Source: Amoebidium appalachense
Taxonomy: Eukaryota; Protista; Ichthyosporea
Direction: 5' to 3'
Length of the DNA: 64,000 nucleotides
NCBI GenBank assembly: GCA_963693365.1
Contig: CAVNZM010000004.1
Location: forward strand, 3,958,047 to 4,022,046
In this document: in pieces, positions 58,346 to 64,000 of the stretch
Position numbering within the stretch: position 1 is the stretch's first letter
Layout of the letters: every line of letters begins with the position of its first letter
Program-made: the position numbers and the translations under genes
Notes under the pieces: model-generated
The model's database searches: none
What the model was told of the DNA's origin: nothing
Seen by the model: the letters and a program-made list of their open reading frames with translations, nothing else

Positions 58346-59374
58346 ATACACACACACATTCATACACACACGCATGGACACACACGCAAGAATGCGCATG
58401 CCCACTTACAGTTCTTGCTTTTGTGCATGTTTGAAGATCCTCGCTTGAAGCCCAAGCGCTGAAGCTTTCGATAGTTCGTCTACTTCTCTCCCCGCCTCTC
58501 CCCGCATATGATGCGAATGTCAGATTAAGAAAGAGTCTGTCCAACCTTCGATTTCTCAATTTCACAAGATGAGATGAGGTCACTGCACCGCAAATCCTGC
58601 ATACACTCCCAAACCAGCCACATCCACAAGGATAATTGGCGTGTGTTGCAGGCAACTGCTCCCTTTAGAGTAGCAGGTTTATAACAAATTTTTGTGTGCA
58701 CTCGTAGGTTTGCAGCAAGAACAAAGAAATTAGTACGACCGATAGGCGCATTGCCCCTACACTTAGGCCTAACATGCCCCTACACTTAGGCCTAACATGA
58801 ACTTTTGCCTACTCGAGCTCCGTTATGTTTGTGCTTGTTGCTTTTTGTTGGCCGGCAGTGGGCACCAAGGAGTGCTCTATAAAGAAAGACCTGGCAGACC
58901 AAGTTGCAATTTTACAAATTTAAAAAGTCCCTAGACGTGACGTCATCTGAAAAGACTAAAGAGCTCAGCGCGCCTCGGGAGTCGAAATTTCATCAATGGA
59001 CCTACATGTACACAAAGGTTTGCGGCAGGGGCAAGTTTCCTAACTTAGAACGGTGGTGCCCATAGGTGCTCTAATACGCATATTAATTGTGTTGGCACTT
59101 GTACCACCACCACTGTATGCTAATATATATCATATTAGCGTATCTTACACTTGTGCTGAACCGTGCACGGTACGACACCCTTTCGTGGCCACACCTCACC
59201 GCACTCGGTCGGCACCGTACACTTCACCACCGTCGACTCCTTTTTCAACACGGGTGGCTCTATCGTGACCTTCAATAATGAACATAATATAACCGCTTCT
59301 CTTTGCTTTTTGCGCATGCTGTTATGCACACGTGTATCTCAATTTATATCATGAATTATTTTATAGCCACCCCC

Positions 59375-59438
<64 letters not shown>

Positions 59439-59589
59439 GGGCTGTTACAGGGGCGCTTGGCGCTTCAACAAAGTCATGCTAATTCGTAAGTGTTTGTGTC
59501 ATTACTTCTTCCTTGTGCTTTTTGCTCTTGTGCACACCGCGTATCCGGCAGCTTGTGGCGTAAAGTTTAAGCTCCGCGTAACTAACGGA

Positions 59590-60146
59590 GGGCCCAACCA
59601 CATCGGCTGACTCAGAAGAGTCAACTTGCTCCGAGCAAAATCATGCTGCGAACTACAAAAAGCAGAACTCTCCTGCTAAGAGCAGAATTATTCTGCAAAA
59701 AGCAGAACTATTCTGCTAAAAGCAGAATTATTCTGCAAAAAGCAGAACTATTCTGCTAAAATCACATCAATCATTCTGCAAAAGCAGAACTATTCTGCAG
59801 AAGCAGAATTATTCGTCAAAAGCAGAACCATTCTGCAAATAGCAGAATCAATCTGCTAAAAGCAGAATCAACCTACTACAAGCAGATTTTTTCTGTCAAA
59901 AGCAGAATTATTCTGTTATATGCAGAATTAATTTCCGCTGTCGAAAGCAGAATAATTCTGCTTTTTGCGGAACAATTCTGCTAAAAGCAGAATAAAAGCA
60001 GAATAATTCTGTTAAAAGCAGTGATTCTACTTTTGCAGGAAAACTTATCTTTTTGAAGAATGTAATTCTGCTAAAAGCAGAATAATTCCGCTTTTGCAGA
60101 ATAATTGTGCTTTTTGCAAGTTGACTCTGCCGATGTGGTTGGGCCC
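59590..60146. mobile_element. MITE/foldback non-autonomous DNA transposon with 18-bp perfect TIRs and an internal palindromic ~20-bp array
   Basis: GGGCCCAACCACATCGGC (59590-59607) is the exact inverse of 60129-60146. AGAGTCAACTTGC (59617-59629) is the inverse of 60116-60128. The interior has roughly 20 units of AAAAGCAGAA(T/C)TATTCTGC. No clean TSD. Confidence 0.75.
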
Positions 60147-60383
60147 ATAATGTAATTAACGGGTATGGATGGTCGACGTACATAGTTGGTGACACTGTGC
60201 ATAGCCTTAGTAATACAACGTTTTCCTGGTGAGTGCAATTGTCATTCTCTAATCCGATACAAACATAGGTACACGGGCTTGCTAGCGCTTCAATTTGAGT
60301 ATGCTTAGGTATGCGCATGTACACACATGCACAATTTTGTGTCTCCGCCTGTGAAAGGCCCCGAGAAGGAGGACGGGAGTTCA

Positions 60384-60414
<31 letters not shown>

Positions 60415-60422
60415 TATCATAA

Positions 60423-60459
<37 letters not shown>

Positions 60460-60861
60460 GCCTGTAAGTATGGCAGCCCCTGTCCCCGTGTATACATACA
60501 CTCGGCCGTCACAGGTGTGCAAAAACTTGAACAAGTCCTCAACAGTGCCACGATGTGATAGAGCGTGTTGGATTACAGACTGCTTTACGGTGTGCATGCA
60601 AGCACATACAAAATCATAACATACTCACGCAAGTTCTTGTACATGTGTGGGCCCTTTCTTTCCTCGCCTATTTGGCACGATGGAGGGTAAGAATATTTCG
60701 ATAGCCTTAGAGCACAGGCACGCACACGCGCACACGCAAGCACACGCGCACGCACCCACACGTGCATGCGCACGCGCATGCGCGCCCACACGTGTACACA
60801 TGGAGCATGGTTCGAGCACGCGCACGCGCGCACACGCACACACACGCGCACACGCACACAT

Positions 60862-60955
<94 letters not shown>

Positions 60956-61705
60956 CAACACACACGGTTGTGCAAGAACATACCGGTGTTGATCCACATG
61001 ATCATGCTATCACACAATTCAGCCAAACACTGACTAGCGGAACCATGCTCACAAAGGCAAAACACTTGGAACCATTCAAAAACATAAGCAACTACACGCA
61101 CCCGATTAACCCTAAAGTGGAAGACAGACCTGAAGCTCTGGAAGGTGAAACAGAAATCACAAAGGCAAAAAAAAAAAAGAAAAAATTCTGTTTGGACGGA
61201 ATAAATGCCCGTGTGCACAATAAGGTGTTCATAATAACATCCGTCCTTATCCAATTTATATAACAGCCGTGCCCAGCACGACGCTCGTTACTACAGAAAA
61301 AACCCTGCTGCCATTCAATCTACATTTCTATATTTCCTACATTTCCCAGGGGATTTTTCATCCTTGGCAAGCATTTTCGTTGATATCTAACATTCCTATG
61401 CTTCATAAGACGATAAAGCCACTAAACGAGTCTAAGATGACACACCATACTGTACAGGTACACCAACCAGGCTACAGTTCCTAATTTTTCGACGAGCATA
61501 TCTGAAGAACTCCTATAGTAAAACAGTTTAGGTATGTCATAAACGGTGAATTCGAAATGCACACGTTGTAAAAAATATGGTTAAGGGCGTTAGATAAGAG
61601 ATAGACAATGTAGTAAAGGGTCTTTGTCTTGTATATATAATCTTTAGAAAGGCACCCACATTACAACAGCCATAAGTTACACATCAACGTTTTCAGATGC
61701 CATTT

Positions 61706-62959
61706 TTAGCTACTACCCTGCAGTTCGCTCAGGCGTTTGCGTAGAGCCACGTTTTCCTCACGCACCGTTTCGAGTTCTGCTCTGTACTTAGAATTGATCT
61801 CCTTCAACTCTCTCAATTTATCCGTTGCTGCCTGTAAAACAGCAACCTTTGCAGGTAAATTCGTCCCTTCCTCCTTTTCCAACTCTGGTAATACCTCTGC
61901 CAGGGAAGCAAAACAGTCACGCAGGCCGTCACGCCGCTTTCTCTCCAGCAAATTGTGCATTTCCCTTTTGCGCAAAAGCGAGGACTCAGCAGCGGCAACG
62001 TGGCTCGGTACAGACACGGAATATGCTCTCGTGTTATCCCAGTCGCCCACGGGCCGTGCGGGCACAGATGTGCCAATACTATACGGCTGGGGCTGTGAAG
62101 GCGATGTGCTTTGTTGATGGTATGAAACATGTGATTGGACGTTAACGGGCACGCCTGTGGGTGATCTGCTAGGCGGTGGAGTGGGGTAGGTAGGGTAGGG
62201 ATGTGTGGTGGGGTAGGCAGGCACGCTTTGTGCTGGAAAGGACGGTGGACACATTGCGGATGAATATGCTGATGGAGTCTGGGGTAAATCAGGTTGTTGC
62301 TGGTGATTGTAAAATCCACGAGCCGAGCTGGAATAACTCCGTTGATATTCCACGTCGTAAGAATAGGACCCACTGTAGTCATAAGACTCCCTACGCTCAG
62401 GAATCGAGATTGGCTGGGTGGCGGGCATTCTTCCGCTAGGAATGGCAATGGGTGCCGAACTGTAGCCTGTATCCACGTGCTCCTCGCGCACCGGGGCACG
62501 CAAATCGGGATGGGTGGTGTGTTCATACCAGCTATTTTTACGCCACTCTCCCTCACCTGTCATATTTGAGTGGTGTTCATTCCTGTAAGGGGCATACCTA
62601 TGTGCCGGCGAGCTGGACGGAATGTATGAACCGGATGTTTTCATAGAGGGTGTGGGAGGATATGCCATAGTTGGGCGCATGTAAGAGCTCGAAAGGCTCC
62701 TTGGGGGAGGACTCGTTGGCTCCTCCGTTAGGCAGTCCTCAAACGGACGGAAAATTGTCGTTTTGGGTGTCTCTGGAGCCATAGAAACAGACCTGATGGA
62801 CATAACGGATCCCCGGCGCTCTTGGGGATAGTGTGTGTGCATCTGGTCATAACTGTGTGAGGGAACCCTGCGTGCGTAATACTCGCTATAGCCTGCATGT
62901 TCGTCGATGGCCATGGGCTGGCTTTCAACGGCCACCCCCGTGCCTGGATACCACTCCAT
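61706..62959 (-). CDS. Myc-like bHLH-leucine zipper transcription factor, intronless CDS, 417 aa
   Basis: C-terminal KREMHNLLERKRRDGLRDCFASLAEVLPEL..PAKVAVLQAAT...zipper aligns with Myc HNVLERQRR..LPEL..KAPKVVIL. The N-terminus is S/P/Y-rich with no recognisable DCMW (Myc box II). Confidence 0.85.
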   Translation of the reverse strand: MEWYPGTGVAVESQPMAIDEHAGYSEYYARRVPSHSYDQMHTHYPQERRGSVMSIRSVSMAPETPKTTIFRPFEDCLTEEPTSPPPRSLSSSYMRPTMAYPPTPSMKTSGSYIPSSSPAHRYAPYRNEHHSNMTGEGEWRKNSWYEHTTHPDLRAPVREEHVDTGYSSAPIAIPSGRMPATQPISIPERRESYDYSGSYSYDVEYQRSYSSSARGFYNHQQQPDLPQTPSAYSSAMCPPSFPAQSVPAYPTTHPYPTYPTPPPSRSPTGVPVNVQSHVSYHQQSTSPSQPQPYSIGTSVPARPVGDWDNTRAYSVSVPSHVAAAESSLLRKREMHNLLERKRRDGLRDCFASLAEVLPELEKEEGTNLPAKVAVLQAATDKLRELKEINSKYRAELETVREENVALRKRLSELQGSS

Positions 62960-63359
62960 TCTTGCTTGCGGAGAAATTAAGTGCTTGATGATGTAGACGT
63001 AAAATGAAAACGGATTAAAATTCAGAATTCTACCTCTACGCTAGACAAATAGGTTAGTGAACCCGTTGGGGAAAAAAAAAACCAAGGATAGCGTGAACAT
63101 AGCGAGACGTAAATAATCATGCTCATGCAGAAGGACAAACTGACATGTGCATGTAACGTGACGCATTGATAAGCCGGCTCAATAAATGTCTCAAAGATCT
63201 ACCAGTTAACTGCATGATATTGGACGGATGGTAATTAAGCATTAGGCCGCGTGTTCATTTTCTGCCCAGATTCCCAAGAGGAATATGACCCGTGGCTAGT
63301 ACAGCGAATCAGATGCTGCTAATGTACACGCAGTTTGACCGCAGCTTGCGTCGATTGAT

Positions 63360-63975
63360 TAGTATCCAATCATGTAGACCATGCGGGGGTCGGTGAGGCT
63401 GCAAATTTGATTGGCCAGAGGCTCACCAAAAAATGATCAACAGGCTCAGTCACCCTCCTATTCGGAACTAGGATATTCTGGATTATAGGAGAAAAACATT
63501 TATTTATTCATAAATCATTCATACTATTTTTAATGATCATAGTTCTTAAAAACTACCTTTTTACTATCTGCCATCATCAAAGAGGGCTTTAAAATGTTGT
63601 TTCAAGGGAGCACCGATTCGATGTATATCACGAAGACATAATTGTCAATCCCAAATAAAGCGTTCGCACGTGCGCATGGATCGTAGTACCCATGTGACTG
63701 TCACATGTGAGATGACACGTGTTGTAGACAGGCCCTCGGCCTGTATGAAAAACCTGTGACACCCCGCCCCAAATTAAAGAATTTTGGACTATAAAGCTGG
63801 TTGTTTTCCTTGACTATTATAACTCCTGACCCTTGCCCCACGTTGCATAGCCACTCGCACGGCCCTAACCCACGCTCTATATAAGAATGTCCTGATTGTA
63901 AGCCAATCCAGTAGCACAGTTATGCACGATGAGCCAAATAGAACCAGAGCGCTTTCTTCTCAACCAATCAGATTA
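63360..63975 (-). promoter_or_regulatory. Probable upstream regulatory region of the Myc-like gene
   Basis: Several CCAATC/GATTGG motifs, CACGTG at 63667 and 63716, and a GC-box CCCCGCCCC near 63762. Confidence 0.4.
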
Positions 63976-64000
63976 CTTTTGTACACTTGCCTGTTGCCGT

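Noticed and set aside
58752-58797. 23-bp tandem duplication (also a 15-bp one at 7858-7887)
   Set aside because: Simple two-copy duplications with no further structure.
59655-60118. CRISPR-like array of palindromic repeats
   Set aside because: No unique spacers, no cas genes, eukaryotic context, and the array is bounded by TIRs.

Overview
Eukaryotic genomic DNA, intron-rich, most plausibly from a non-animal holozoan or similar opisthokont protist (inferred from the gene set, not proven). Nearly all ORFs in the supplied track are artefacts of (CA)n/(GT)n and poly-C/poly-G tracts. Hand-splicing with phase checks gives eight protein genes: an OSBP-like PH-domain gene (-, runs off the left edge), an intronless FKBP12-type PPIase ending in a CaaX-like motif, a 16-exon TCAIM (DUF4460/4461) homolog, an SPPL2-type protease (one apparent homopolymer frameshift), the UAP56/DDX39 helicase, the Pol I subunit RPA49/POLR1E, an unusual FERM-F0 + pseudo-RhoGAP + SH3 + coiled-coil protein, and an intronless Myc-like bHLH-ZIP. 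Main non-coding signals: (1) a 100-200 bp dispersed element with about 12 copies or fragments, all intronic, all on the host sense strand, embedded in poly-C tracts; (2) many 3' splice sites preceded by (CA)n instead of a pyrimidine tract, plus three GC-AG introns; (3) repeated tandem duplication of splice-site regions; (4) a 557-bp TIR-bounded foldback/MITE filled with palindromic ~20-mers.
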